From the NCBI RefSeq assembly GCF_009834535.1, contig NC_045696.1:60700001-60764000 (forward strand): 64,000 bases of DNA, written 5' to 3'. Position 1 is the first letter of the stretch. The number at the start of each line of letters is the position of its first letter. A model generated the notes under the pieces. It was given only the letters and a program-made list of their open reading frames with translations. It did no database searches and was not told the DNA's origin. Source of the DNA: Camelus ferus. Taxonomy: Eukaryota. A program made the translations under genes and the position numbers. Positions 50,001 to 64,000 of the stretch are shown one piece after another.

Positions 50001-51230
50001 ATTTACTCATTAAAAAAAAAACTTAATTCCCTTTCCTCTTCTTCTTGTATCATTTCTAGATTTCTATCTTCTATGTTGCTAATTCTCTCTCCCGTATTGC
50101 CTGGTCTATTTCCAGTGCTTTTTAATATGTTCTTGTTTATTGAGATCTTCAGTCCAGACTTTGATTCTTTTTTGACATCGTTTTCAATATGTTTGGTAAA
50201 GTGTACCTTCTGTTCAGTCACTCAGGAATGATTTTATTCCTGAGCTCACCGAACTGCCTGAGTTTTCTTGTCGCTCATTGAGTTTGTTCATGACAGCTAC
50301 TTTGAATTCTCTATCACTTGGAATGCAATATTCCATGACTTTAAGCTCGGTTTCTAGAGAACTGTCATTTTCTTTTGTGGTACAGTGTTACTGTGGTTCT
50401 TCATGATGTTTGCTGAGTTCTGCCCATGCATTTGAACCAGAGAGCACCTTTCTACTTGATTCTAACAATCGAACAGATTAGAAATAGGCCTTTCTTTTGT
50501 TTTCCAGTAGGTGGCACACTAGCACAAGTTTTTGGTTTCTCTTACCTGAGCTGCTTCACTTTCCACCCTCACTGCTTCCATCAAAAGGCCACCCATACGG
50601 TCCTTAAGTTCACTGCTTGTGCCTCCAGGGCTGTTGGTGCCTTGCTGCTGCCAGTGTCACTAGTGTCACCACCTGAGGGAGGTGCTTCTAGAACATCTGG
50701 GATCTGCCACTGTGGGGGGAGAGGAAAGGAGGGTTAGAGTAGGGGTGGGAAGACCAGGGTTGGGAAGGCAACTTTGCTTTGTCTGCTGTTTTCAGATTCG
50801 TGGGCTCTGTCACTGTTGGGGGGGGGGGGCCTCTGGAGTCATGGATGCCTCCACAGCTGGAGGAACAGGGTCCCAGGCCCCACTGTGACTGCTGCCCAGT
50901 TACCTGTGGCCGCGAGTGCCACTGTGGCTGACAGGATGGAGTGCTGAGTGCTGCCTCCCCTGCTGCTACTGGATTCTCTGGGGCTGTAGGCTCAGTTGCG
51001 ACAGCTGGAGGGCAGCGTTGCAGGCACTGTCTCTGCTGTTTCCCTAGTTCCACCTCCCCTGTGTGTTCCAGTCCACCAACTGTTAGATATACAGATGTGT
51101 GGAATTCTCTGGCGTCCTGGTGTGCTGGGCAGAGGCACCTTTGTTGAGTTGTGGATATTTTACTGGTTGTAGATTGAAGGGAGAGACAGTCTCTCATTCC
51201 TTCATGCTACTGATGACACTCTCCTGAAGG
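47045..51230 (-). mobile_element. Internally deleted L1 (5' region + ORF1 remnant at 49480-51230; ORF2 3' part and 3'UTR at 47045-48835), interrupted by a + strand L1 tail (48836-49420)
   Basis: ORF2-like KYVGVNLTKETKDLYTEN...WKDISCSWTGRINTVKM; ORF1-like ERISNIEDRNLEMIQEEEERE. Confidence 0.85.
49255..49394 (-). mobile_element. Camelid-type SINE inserted in an L1 A-tail
   Basis: (TTTA)n tail and SINE head reversed; AAAATTTTT on both flanks. Confidence 0.8.
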
Positions 51231-51324
51231 GTATCTATTTCTTCCTGTGTAAATTTTCATCTGTACCTGGCACTTAATATCAAGCCTCTTTCTAAAATGG
51301 AAAATAGGAGTGGTAAATTGTAAT

Positions 51325-51730
51325 GTGTTACCTTGGATAGACTGAGCTACTTTCCCCCAAATCCTCTTCCTTGTGTGTTTCTAGTTAGGATGGTCCACGG
51401 AGACATCCTTGTGGAAGAGTGAGGACAGATGTGAAGAAACAGCCATTTTGCAGTTCACACATAGTATTATTTATTTGCTGGCTCACCTTGCTGGTGTGAG
51501 GCACCAGCCAGGCCTACAACTGCCCCATCTTCCTTTGGATCCTCCTATAGCATCTCTGGCTTTTGTGTGTAGTCCTGCGATGAAGGACAGCTTCTACAGG
51601 ACACCTGTACTATCAAGGTCAGAGGCAATAAGGACTGACACGGTTTCACTTCATCCTTGTGGGCTCCATCTTATGCTTGCTCTCTTCCACTTTACATCCA
51701 GGCTCTCTTCCCAACTGCCTGCCTGCTGAC
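51325..51730. mobile_element. ERVL LTR (LTR16-like)
   Basis: actgagctactttcccccaaatcctcttcc...gttaggatggtccacggagaca; subfamily from recall. Confidence 0.5.
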
Positions 51731-51747
51731 TCTATGTATTTCCTAGT

Positions 51748-51905
51748 TAGCGTTGCCAGATTTAGCAAATAAAAATACAGGTTGCTCAGTCAAATGTGAA
51801 TTTCAGATAAAGAACGAATAGTTTTTCAGTTTATGATTACCTGAAATTAATATTTAACTGTGTGTCCTTTCTTTTGGTTTTTCTTTGCTAATTCTGGCAA
51901 CCCTA
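51748..51905. mobile_element. MER53-like non-autonomous DNA transposon (MITE)
   Basis: Terminal inverted repeats TAGCGTTGCCAGATTTAGCAAA / TTTGCTAATTCTGGCAACCCTA. Confidence 0.8.
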
Positions 51906-52069
51906 ACAGTGGGAGAGAAAATAACTTCAAAATGACAAGATTGCTGGGCAGAACCCAGATGAGTATAAATATACTCAGCTGAGTGCTTTTCCCTAGCAGG
52001 GCTCAGCTGCCCAAGTACAAGAAAGGCCAAGGCAAATAACTGGGTTCATCCAGTTAACTACTGCTGAGG

Positions 52070-52245
52070 GCAGTAGTTTGCAAACTTGAGTTGGCAACAG
52101 CATCACTTAGAGGACTTGTTAGAAGACAGATTTGTAAGGCCCCACCTCTGGAGTGTTAGATTCAGTAGGTCTGGGGTGGGGCCCAGGAATTTGCATTTCT
52201 GATGAATGCAGCTGGGTCCAGTGACCACAGTTTAAGATCCCCTGG
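52070..52245. mobile_element. MER5A-like hAT element
   Basis: gattcagtaggtctggggtggggcccaggaatttgcatttct. Confidence 0.8.
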
Positions 52246-55200
52246 GGTAGACTGGAGATCTGAAGTAGATAAGGGGAGGGAGTAAGGTTGGAGGAGGCCA
52301 AAGGTATAAGAAAGCAAGTTTATATTCCTCTTCTTCACAGTGAGCAGAAGACTGTGACGGCACCTTACAAGGGGTTGGCTGTTCTACTGCCTTCTATCTT
52401 TTCTTTCCCCTAATTTTGGACTGTGTACAATCCCTGTTCTTCCTCTAATACTGGCATCTGCCTCCTTTTAACCAGGGAATTTTGGAGAACTCTGGTGTCC
52501 AGTCTGATCTATGGAAAGTGGCGCATGAAAACAAATGTATGAAGAGGACAGCACTGCTGCAGAGGTGCAGAAATGAAGGTAACGACTGTGACTGGTAATA
52601 AGTGCTCCAGGAGAGCATCCAAATTAACTAACTTTTTTTTTCCCTCTGAGAAGGAAGTTAGGAGTTGGGAAAAACCATCAAAGGAAAGCTGGGGGAAAGG
52701 AGGAAAGTAGCCAAGATTTTGTTTCCAGGTGAAGCTGTTTAAGACCCAAAATATTCCCTACAGGAATTTTCGTTGCCAAGTCTTCTCTAAATCCTTAGCT
52801 ATGTCATAGAATAACACTCTTATCCAACACTCTGAAGAACAAATGGAAAAGATCTAGATTTTACTAAGTACATACATATACATGTAAGATGCTGGACTGG
52901 GGATTTTACATGTGAAATAGACATGCAAAAATGCTAAATGTTCCATTTGTTTATATGTGTTTTCGTTTCTTTATACTTTTATCTATCTTCCAAATTTTCT
53001 ACAAGCATAATTTTATTTTTAACTTTATTTTGAAACAATCCCAGATTTCGGAAGAGTTGCAAAGACAGTACAGACAATTCCCATATATACACTTTACTCA
53101 GACATCTCACATAACCATATTTATCAAAACTAAGAAATTAGTATTGGTCAACTGACTAAATTACTAGTAACTAACCTACAGATTTTATTCATTAAGCTGA
53201 CATCTAGACTGTGTGTTCTGGGAGTGTTTGTGACTCATTCAATATCCTACGTAACACTGCACTATGGAGAACAAAACCCCCAGTTGAGGGGTGTGAGTGT
53301 GTGTGCATGCATGTGGGTGATTTTTGATTGTATGCTTTACTACTCATGCTGCTTTTCTTCTTGCATTTGTCTCATTTTCAATGGCCTGGCAAGATAGTAG
53401 AGGCCATCACCAACGTCGACATCATCAACATCCTCAGCATTATCACTATCGTGGGGGTGACAGTAATAGTCACCTCATGCCAGACGCTGTGCCAGTTGTT
53501 TTACACATATTATCTCAGTCAGTCCTTTCCTCCTTCCACTTCCCTGAGATTGATGCATCCTCCTCCTTTTTCAGATGAGAGTCTTTGCCAGTAATGGGAT
53601 GTGAAGCAAAGTCTCTTTCCCACCCCTCCCACTTACCCAGCACCAACAGCCTAAGCTCTGTACTTGTTACTTTTACAGTTATATTTGTAAAATCAGGAAG
53701 GGATATTTTCACCTGGAGGCGTAAGTGAAGGCTGTTTTGGAAAGCCAGGCAGTGTGAGGCTGGGGAGTTGGGGGAAGGAGAAGTGGAGATTATTCGTGTC
53801 ACCTCAAATATACTTTGATTTTCCACATTCTTCTGCAGGGTGTACAAACAAAAAACAAGGGGGGGATCTTTAAGGAACTGTTCCAAACCCCCTACTTTGA
53901 AATCACTGTGGTAAAAGACTGTGGTGCAGTGGAGCTCTGAGAGCACTGAAGGTAAAGCAGGGAGAAGGTGGGGGGACTGGAGCCAGGGCTGAGGAAGTTC
54001 CAAAGGCAAACATCAATGACAGGGTTCCTATTCCTAACACACATAATGCACTTGCAAAGCTGTAAGAAAAAGACAGATACCTCTCCCAGGAAAATGGTCA
54101 AAGGAGTTGAATATGCAAGTGTCAAAAGAAGATATACAGGAGACTAATAAACATAAGAAAAGAAGGTCAACCTTATAGGCAATCAAAGAAAAGCAAATCA
54201 ACAGAGCAAATCACCTATTATTTGGCAAAAGTTAAAAAAATAACATCCAGCATTGGTGATTGTGTGGAGAAAATTAGTAATCTACTCCACTAGAAGGCCA
54301 TTTGCCTGTAATGTATTCATATTTAATTTTATTTTTTATTTTTTATGGTGATAAAATATACAAACATAAAACTTACCATTTAACCATTGAAAGCATGCAG
54401 TTCAGTGGCATTAAGTACATTCACGTTGTTGTGCAACCATCATCACTATCTCTAGAACGTGTTTATTATCTCAAACTGAAACTCTGTACCCATTAAACAA
54501 TAACTCTCCATGCCCCCCTGTATTAATATTTTAATATGATTTATGATTTTAAGTAGTAGCACTTCTAAGGATTTATCCTGAGATAATCAGAGAAATGTGA
54601 AAAACATGTATGTATAAGGGTATTCCCAGTAGAAAGAACCTACATATCCATCAATGAGGAATTAGTTAAATTACATTAATCTGTGCGATGGAACTTTATG
54701 CAATCATTAAAAATGATGATTATGTACACTATTAATAAAACATGTCCATGCTATATTTAATGAAGGATAAAGTAGATGATTAAAAAAAACAGGATATCTT
54801 GACTCCATTATATGTAACACCGTATCTTTGTGGGTGTTTGTGCGTGTGTGTTGTACTTCATCTCTAGCCCTCTCCCCCATCCTTTCCAAGTGTGTTGTAA
54901 ACACCTCATTTCTATGTTAAATCACTCGAGCTTAAAAAAGGTGGAATCTACTTCCTGTAACTAAACCTGGACTGATCACTCTTTAGTGAACATTCCCCCT
55001 ATTTTGGAATGAAGGCTGTTATCTCCATTGAGAGGCAGATAATGTTCTTGGAGCTACAATTTATTGAGCACTTATCATTTTCATTTTATAGACAAGGACT
55101 CCAAGTCACAGATTAAATAACTTACCCAAGTCTCAAAGCCAGCAGTGTTGGAACCCAGATCTCTTTGCTGCCAAAGCCTTTGCTGTTATTTACCACCACC

Positions 55201-56229
55201 TTATATTGACTCCTCAAATTCACACAAACACTGCTTCGCACACAAAGTCTTCTCTTCACTGGTGGATGGTGTGTTCAAATTGTCTTCCTTCTTTTTCAAG
55301 TTTCCTTTGTTTGTCTCTGTCTACCGAATATGCTATGAAGGGAAGCCAGTGAGGCATTCAGAGCGTGCCTGAAGAACCAATGGTACTTAGCAGTGGAGAA
55401 TTGGCATGGTCAGTCCTTTAACCCAGCTTAAGCACTAACCAAGGGAGCCAGGGCAGTGCTGAAGCACACAGTCCATTAGGATGAGGCCAACCTTAAAGCC
55501 ACACTGCCTGTTTAGTGATGAGAAAGGTACATGTGAACCTGAGAATTTTTTTTGGCACTGAGCCAGTCTGCTTTCTTTTCCAGGGAAATGTCTTCCCTGG
55601 CTATTGAAGTATCTGTTCCCACTGGTTTAACAAATGATACTAGAATTTTACTACTTGGAAAAAATGAAGTTAGGATACTTAGGTCAAATGTCAAAATTAA
55701 TCCCTGTTGTATTAAAGAATAAAATGTAAAAATTAAAAGAACCAGAATAAAATATAGGTGAGTAATTAAACTGGAAATAACATAAATGTCCACTGGCAGG
55801 GGAGGGGCTAAATAAAAGATTCCATATCCATAATGAAGTACCATGAAATCATTACAAACTATGAGGTAAATCTCAGTTTACTGACCTGGAAAGATGATTG
55901 TGCTAAACCTGTGAGTAATAAATATAAGATACCAAATATGTGTAGTGTGATACAGTTTTATTTTTAATATCTTATATGTATGCATGTTTATAGTAAACTC
56001 TGAAAGGATAGGTATCAAACTGAGCCCCTCTGAGGGGATGGAAATGGAGGAGCCAGAGGAAGTGAGAGCATCTTGCTTCTTTAAGAGTGGTAAAATTATG
56101 AATTAGTTCTATTATTAGTGTTCAGTATTTTCCAAACGAAAAAACCACTAAGGAAATTATTTAAAAATTTAAAACTTCTATATAACAAATGACAAGCTTG
56201 TAAAAAGTATTTGCAACATAGAAGCTGGC

Positions 56230-56550
56230 AGGAGATACTATGGGTTAGCTCACTCACCCTCCATTCCTCCATCCTTCTGTTTGTAGAGTGTATAAAGCTT
56301 AAAACTACATTTCTGAGATTCCCTTGCACCTAGGATTCTACATGTAAATTTGGTTCTGCCAATCAGATGCACTCTCACAATACTTTGAAGGCAGATGTGA
56401 AGCAGAGCCCACCTTTCTGCTGCTGTTGCTGTTAGCAACCAAGATTATGGAGACCTAAGTGAGAAGCGGCAGCTACAGCCACACCCAGAGTTCCAGAGTC
56501 CAGTCATTGGCTTTGTGGATGTTATGAGGCAGCTGTGTCCTCAGAAAATA
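56230..56550. mobile_element. ERVL LTR (LTR33-like) fragment
   Basis: aaaactacatttctgagattcccttgca...ttctgccaatcagatgcac. Confidence 0.55.
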
Positions 56551-56904
56551 TACACCATGGAGAAGTAAAATCACAGGAAAGAGAGCAAAAATGAAAGTAG
56601 CATAAGGCAGGCATTGTTGAAAACACCATAAAGGAAACAGTGAGCAGGAATGTGAAAAAGACAATGAAATAAAGAATAAAAGAATAGAGAAAAAGTGATA
56701 GTAATTGATAAGATATACATAGTTGTCATTCCTAAAGAAAAAAACCTGAAAACAGTAAAGTGAAGATGAACTTTTAAGAAATTATTTGAAATAAAGGAAG
56801 ACTTGAATACACGGACTGAAAAGGTACACACTGTCTTCCAGGAAAAATGGACCCAGAGCAGTCACCACCAAAACCTCTCTCTTTACAGAAGCTTAAACCT
56901 TCAA

Positions 56905-57092
56905 TACATTCATCCCTTGATATCCACCCAAGGTTCCAGGACCACCCCTGCCCCCTGGAGATACCAAGTCCTTCATATAAAATGGCAGAATACAGAGTAC
57001 AGTGGGCCATCTGTGTCTGTGGTTCCACAGCCATGGATTCAACCAACTGTGGATCGAATTTCCATGGATACGGAGGGCCAGGGCCAACTGTG
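56905..57092. mobile_element. Tigger-family element (MER2/MER8-like)
   Basis: ggttccaggacc...catggattcaaccaactgtggatcgaa...gatacggagggcc. Confidence 0.65.
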
Positions 57093-58639
57093 CTCTTCAG
57101 ATCTCAGACCCCATTCACCTCATGCAATGATGACTTCCTTTCCAGGGTGGGGAACTCAGCCCAGACACCAAACCTAACAGAAGTGCTCCCCCGTCCCTCC
57201 AAGTCCTAGCTCACAGTGTAAAGTGTGGTCCATCCCTCATGCTCGGCTTCCAGCTTCTATTCCCTCAGAGCGTGACTTGATTGGGCATCTCAGTCTTTTA
57301 TCTTCAGCCTGCTATACATATTATCCCAACAATTTTAAGTCTAAACTTTACAGCAAATAATCGCTTAATTGTCCCCCTCCATCACCGGCTCTAGGACAAG
57401 GATCATGTCTATTGGTTTCTTGTCTTCCCATTGCCCAGGGGAATGCCTGCCAGAGTTGGTGCTAAATACACATTGAATGTAGTAAGTACCCAACAAATAC
57501 TTCATTGTTAAATCACTAGATTCAGGACCTCCACTGTGCTAAGTGTCAGAAGGCACTCTCAAGTGCACTTACTCCTGGGAGTCAGGAACAAAAGGCAGCC
57601 CCTCCCCATCCAGCAGCACGTGGCCCGGTCATTCTGCACACACTTGCTTCTCTGGCCCTTTCTGTTGCCCTCATCTTTCACTCCTTTCTTAGTACCCAGT
57701 TCCTAGGCCTTTATTCTCCCCTTCATATAGACTTACCTTCACTATCTGTTTCTTCCTCTGGAAAATAATAATCTCTCCATCTATGCTTTTGGCTTACTTT
57801 TAGCATCTGAATAACATATCCAGACCAGTGCCTGCCCACTCTGGAGCTGACCTGCCGTGGCTCCTCAACTCGGTAGATTCCAGCCTGCTCATTTTCACCA
57901 CCATGCCTCCTGGGCCACACCAGGCACTGTCATTCCTGACCTGGAACTGAATGATGGTATGAAAATTATAAAACAGCAGGAGCAAACTGCAGGGGGAGAG
58001 GAGCTTCTGTTTTCTGACAAATTAGTAAATTAGTGAGAGCTGCTGGTTCCCTCCCTCCAAATCAATCCTTGAGAAATGATGCAGGGATAAGACCCCTTCA
58101 CCACCACCCCTAGGCAATAATACCACCGAACAGTTATGTATACGTACTTGAGGAAGCTGTGCTGTTCTGAAATGATAATGCGGAGACAGGAGGAACGCCC
58201 ACAGTCTGGGGTGAAGGGCAGCTGAAAGAGGATACGTTAGGGGAAAATGGAGGGGAAAAAACCCCATCTGTGGAGATCTGGCCTGGGGCACACAGCTGGT
58301 GCAGGTGTTCTGATGCAAAATCCGAGAGTGACAAAGCCACTGACTCACCTCAGTCAGGCTGAGGACTGACTGGCCTCAGCTATTTTGCTGCTTCGTTTTT
58401 CTCTCGATTACGATACTTGTCCCTAAGGATTTAACTTCTGTATAGCACTTACTGGCTCCCTCTTTACTCCTTTGTCAAACCAATTGTTAGAAAAGCAGAT
58501 TTTACACAATTTCTTTACTTACTAACAAGCATAAAGCTTCCCAGCTAACCAAATCATTTTAGAACAGTGGCATAACCTGTTTTATCTGACCTCTATTAAG
58601 ATTCAAGGCTCTGGCAGCTGGGCTGGCAACCTGTGCTAA

Positions 58640-61600
58640 GGCTTGTGACATTTGCTTTATTCTTTGTAGTTACTTCACTTTACATTTAATTTTCATATCC
58701 TCAACCAAATACATCAAAGCCTTCACTATATACACACTGATGAATGCCCATGTGTATAAACACATGCGAAATCTATTCCAGTCAACCTGTAGCCCTCTTG
58801 AAATGTCATCAGGAGACCTAATGGGGTGGCGTGGGGGAGAAGCCAGGAGGTGTTCAGATATTGTGATTTGAATATTTTCAAATAAGACAATTTCAGAAAG
58901 TCGAGTCACTAATATTTCTGAAATTGAAAAAAGACTGTTAGTGGCATTGAGTGTTAAAATGGCATTGAGTCTAAGATACACTAATTTCTAAAGGCAGAGA
59001 AAACCATTTCCAGACATATAAAATGAGTAAGGTATTGGTCATTTGTTAGAATATTAGATCATGTATTTGGACTACTATCTCCAAATACATTCAATTTATT
59101 TTAAATATTAAAGAATGAACTTCTGATGGAATACTAACAAAGCTGATTTAAATAAACCTCTCCATTTCAGCAAATCTACCAGAGTGGTGTGGAAAAAAGA
59201 CTCATTTATGTAATAACGCCTACTAAATAAGCTATGAACATACAAGGTGGTGTATAAGATGTAGACAGCTTTATCTTCAGTACACTGTGCAAATAATATT
59301 GGATTTATTCAACTACCTGAAGTAATTCATTGTATACAGTTTCAGCTACTTAAAACATTTAAAATTTTAAAAAATCTAAATAGTATCATTAAAATTTCCC
59401 ACAAAGATCTCAGCTCAGTAAATAGGTCACAGAGGCTACGTTCAGTCAATTTCACAAAGTGCCAGGCTCCTTGCCACAGGGCAGAACGGCTCTGAGTGCG
59501 CATGGTGAAGGCATGTCCTGGGTACACTCTCTCAAACTACATTCAGGTTATGAGGAAGAATCACACTCTACAACTACAGCCACAATCTGCTCGTCGCCAC
59601 TGAATAGAGTGTGGTATCTGAATGTGCAGGGTGGACCTGCAGTGAGACTCCTGGCCCACAGCATAGAACAAATGGGACTAAATAATCTTCAGCCAGAGGC
59701 GGCTGCCCTGAATTGTCTTAGTCTACTCTCTCTCCTGCTTAACTATTTGAGGAGGGTTACTCTCTGCAGCTTTACATAAGACCTGTCCCCTTTCTTGAAG
59801 TAGGACAATTTTACTCCAGTTAAAATACAAATTGAATTATGTTTCACAATAAACACCTTGTCTTCCTCATATAGAGTGTGTGGCTGTGTTTGTAGTCCTC
59901 AACCAGGTTTTAAAAATTGATAGTGTTAAGTAAAGACAAGATGCAGATTAGTTTCCATTTTTATTAAAGCTGTGTTTTTTTTCCTAAGGAATATATTACA
60001 CTTAAATACCATAAATAAAGATTAGTTCTTAAATCTATTATATTTAATAAAAATGTAAACAAAAGAAAATAATTCACCATTCCCTCCCCAAACCTGTCGA
60101 AATGTATCAAAAAAAAAAAAAAAAAAAGTCATCCTTTCAGGTTCAAGTTCTTTTGTTGGGACGAGTAGCACAGATTTTATTAAAATATGTTAGTCCTCCT
60201 GAGCTGCAAGGACCTCATACGGTTAACTGGTGCCCACTACAAAATGGGCCTGTGGCGCAGTGACTGAAGTCCACCTCTTCTGCCAGGACTGCTCCAATGC
60301 CCTCAGAAAAGGGCTTGTCTCTCTCCATTCAGTGTCTAAGGACATAGACAGTGCTAAGGCATTGAGCACAGGACACCGTGATGAATGTGATGTGTGAGCT
60401 GTCATACGCCAGGAGGTGGGTCAGAGCCAGCAGTGGCCAAGCAATTCTAGTTGGAGTATTACTCACAGAATATTAGAGCTGGAGAGATTCTGATAAAGCA
60501 TCTAGTCATTTTTCAGACAGTGAGTCTTCTAATATTAAAGAGGATATTGATAAAATTTTATGCAATACTCTGGTATACTTATTTTTGTATCTTCCTAAAA
60601 CTATTTAAACTTCATTAACTTGTTTCATTTTCAAATACTGATAAACTCTAAGCCAACATATTAGGCTAAAACTAATTTTAAGCATAATTTATAACATTTT
60701 TAGAACGCCTAGTTGATCTTAATAAAAATAAGTATCCTTAAGAAATAAGTAAGGGAAAAAGCTTTTTTCAGGAGAATATAGAGGGATCTACATTACCTAC
60801 TTGCTTGCCAGATTCTTTAAAGCTGTCAGCTCAAGTCTAGCGACATGGCTTTTGCTTCCTTCTTGTAAATTCTGTTCTTGAAAACCTGAGAGACAAATTC
60901 ACTTGATAATTTTGACACTGGGACCTTAATACTATCAAAGTGAACCTATATCTGAACTGAAAACTGAGGTAGTCAGTTTTTATAAGCACTTGACCCTTTC
61001 TGAGTCAGAAAGGGGCTTCAGTCTACCGTCCTCAAGTCAGCTGCTCCCCTTTCTCCTACCCCACCTCACCTCACTCCCGCTGTGGCTGCTGCCTGCTCAG
61101 TCTTTCTCAGTGAACTGGTTCTGTGAACATAAAGGGTTACCTGCCACAGGATATCAACATTTGGGTTATTTCAAATTCTTCAGTTTAAAGGTGAATTCTA
61201 GCCCGCTAATTCTGCACTGAAATTTCAGATTTTAAAAAGTCATTTTCAGAATATTGTTGTATTCTAAGTGACTAAACCGTGCCTCTTAAAACTTCTTACA
61301 GGTCCAGTGGCCTTCTAAATCTTCACTGAGTATACTATGCAGAAACAGAGATAAGCAACCACTTTTAAGACTTGTTGAAGAGGAAGGAAGAAACCAGCAC
61401 AGTTAGTTACCCTCAAAAACTCAAGATTTCTTAACAACATACTTTATCAGATTCTACATTTGTGCAGAGAAAAAGTCTGGGCTACTAGATTCCAAGCTTA
61501 ACAAATATATATAGAAAAAAATGTCATCTATAGTATTTTCTTCAGAAAGTCATTAGTGCAAATATAATTATATCAATAAAAAATAAAGCAAAAATATATT

Positions 61601-63470
61601 TCAAGTATAAAAAGCACCATGCTCAGAAACAATACTACCTAAATGGCATTACTGCACAACAGTTAAAACATAACTGAACCTATCACTGTGAATCTCAAAT
61701 ATATTATTAATCCATGGTGTTTTTGGTGAAATTCTTTATACAACTTTGCAGGATGACTCATAATCACAATAGATATGTAAGTTTAGATTTTTATAACTTT
61801 CTTTAAAAATATACTCTACACTTTTCTCTGACTTTCCATGATGTAAAGTATGCAGGACATAGGCAGAAACGCCACTGCTGTTAGCTTCTCTTCAGCTGAG
61901 GCTGGCAATGCTAGAGACCACCAGCTTTTCACAAGGACAAATACCTCCAATTCAAAACTGTATGCTACTAAATATTTTAAATTTATGTATTAAAAAAAGG
62001 TGACTTTCCTTTACGCTGGGGCTGCTGTTTGGTTCCAGCGTCAAATAGTCAGCTGGAATTACTCCTTAGTTATTATGCTGTTTGTTCACTTAGCAAATTT
62101 CTTAAATTAGTGCTCAAAAACCTTATGCTGAATTAAAGGGCCAACCAATGAATGAATGAATAAATGCATGCTTGTCCAAGGGCTGTGTTTATGCTGCCAC
62201 AGGACTTCATTAGCCTTAGAGAGAAAAACCAGGCATCATTCATCATTGAAGAATTTCAAATTGGGATTATTAAGTAGGGTTGGTCAGCTCTGGTACCAGA
62301 GCAGAATTGCTTCTGGGGACCAGAATCTACGTGGTGACAGAAAGAATGTCAAATGCAGGAGGTAAAGGATATTATCTCCTCCGTTTAAAGCAAAGGCAAT
62401 CTTCTGACTTCTATGGACCCTACTGGATAGGCCCTACACCAAACCTACACTTTGTAAACAATTCAGACCCTCTTGTTTTGACTTACACTTTGCATTTTAT
62501 ACATAAAATAATTTTCAGATAGCAGAAATTCTTCTGTAACAATTTCTAAGCCCACCTGAATATAACTGCATACCTGTCTATACCAGATTTCTTTTTATCT
62601 TCATTGATCAAAAAGGAACACTTCTATTTTTGTTGGATTGCGGTTGTCATAACTATTATCTGAAAAATATACAAATGTTTTCTTCCATTTGCATGTCTTC
62701 AATATTTTCACAAGGCAGAGTATTCTTCTCTCTCTGCCTCCCGGCTTTTCAAGTTATTATTAAACTAATGGAGAATACAGCTGGAAGCTGATCTCTGAGG
62801 ATCAAGGAGTATGGATATAGCTGGAAGAGGGCTACCAGCACATAATGGCTCAGCAGGAAACTGCCACACAGCACTGTGAAATCATAAAATTTAGCGAAAC
62901 ATAATTTAAAAAAACACTCTTTAGAACAATGAGAACAATCATTTAGGTATACCATATACAGTTATTAAATTTAAAACAGGTATAATAGTGATGCAGAAAT
63001 CCCAATTCAAATTATTTTCTGTAAGTCAAAGGACAATTTATACTTTTGAAGACAGGGTCCACAACTTATGATCTTGCAATAATTAGCTGTTCTTTAAATT
63101 ATTGCAGCATTGATGAAATTTCCCATTGTTTTAGGATAATGAAAATGCTGAGGTATGTAATCACTGAAATTTTCACCAATTATCCCATTTTCAAAGGAAA
63201 ACTTCAAGAAGGTTATGCATCCTGAAAAATAAAGAGACTTCGGTGATTTGGAATTCCTTCTCATTCTCCAAACTCTGAGGCTGTTGAGTTGCTGATGAGG
63301 AGTGACGGCTGTGAAGCTCTCCTTCAAGGTCTGATCTTGGTCAACACTTCCAAGCCAAACTCTGGAATGCCACTTCTGCCATCTGCATTGGCTAGCACTT
63401 GCCCAGATTTTGTGCTTTGTTCAGAGGAACATGACACAAAGGAATGTCTTGAGAATTCACTTATCCATTC
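58640..63470 (-). other. LMLN: Probable long 3'UTR of LMLN; candidate AATAAA signals at 59960-59965 and 58656-58661 (minus strand)
   Basis: Repeat-poor, AT-rich DNA directly downstream of the stop. The 59960 signal is followed by a U-rich tract. The exact 3' end cannot be determined. Confidence 0.6.
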
Positions 63471-63571
63471 TTAATGCCATACACACAGAAGAAATCCAGC
63501 CAGCAGAGGAAATAGATTGCCTAGTAGAAGCCAGAGGGTGACCACCAGGCTAGAGGAACGGGAACAGAGAT
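63471..63571 (-). CDS. LMLN: Leishmanolysin-like peptidase (invadolysin), last coding exon
   Basis: Acceptor ttttcaactctag|AT is followed by (D)[35 protein letters not shown]. This matches the LMLN hydrophobic, GPI-signal-like C-terminus as I recall it. Too short for the ORF track. Confidence 0.93.
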
Positions 63572-64000
63572 CTAGAGTTGAAAACAAAAAATTTACTTTC
63601 TATAGACATTTTTGGAATAGATCCTACCAACTAAAACACTGACAGATGAGTAGAGGTGATTATTAAAAGGTGAACAAGGACACCTTGGAGAGCAGAATCA
63701 AGTGTGACTTCTTGAGACCTAGATATCCAAAGTCTTTTTTTATATTTATAGAAAAAGAACAAAAAAATTTATGCAGGAGGAAAGATGTATCTACCATACC
63801 AAGGTTCAAAAAAGGAACCCAGGAAAAGAGAGAGTGTCTCTGGGTAGTATCCTGGCAAAGCAAGATGCTATACAGGAAAGTAAATGAAAATCTTGGCTAT
63901 TCTGACAGGGGATGCAGGACTTTCTTCTACCCTTTCTTGTCCCTTCTAGGTAGGATGACCATATAATTTATCAACCAACATCAGGACATTTTGAGATAAG

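Overview
Mammalian genomic DNA, most likely a camelid, judging from the young tRNA-derived SINEs with an AAATAAGTAAACCTAATTACCTCCCC-type tail. Two known genes lie on the minus strand: the last coding exon and long 3'UTR of LMLN (right end), and the CpG-island promoter, first coding exon and intron 1 of OSBPL11 (left). A full-length RPL32 processed pseudogene with a 15-bp TSD sits about 1 kb upstream of the OSBPL11 promoter. About half of the window is interspersed repeats (L1, L2, MIR, MaLR/ERVL LTRs, hAT and Tigger elements). Main observation: the non-repeat DNA between the two genes (about 15.7-45.5 kb) carries roughly 30-40 exon-like segments, all on the minus strand. They have AG/GT boundaries, mostly compatible phases and long protein-like frames broken by scattered stops. 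This looks like a large, decayed multi-exon gene (unitary pseudogene) whose product I cannot name. One of its exons can be rebuilt from three pieces separated by a nested L1 insertion, a probable 1.2-kb 3' transduction and a 2.1-kb inversion. All calls were made by eye with no database searches; repeat boundaries and subfamily names are approximate.
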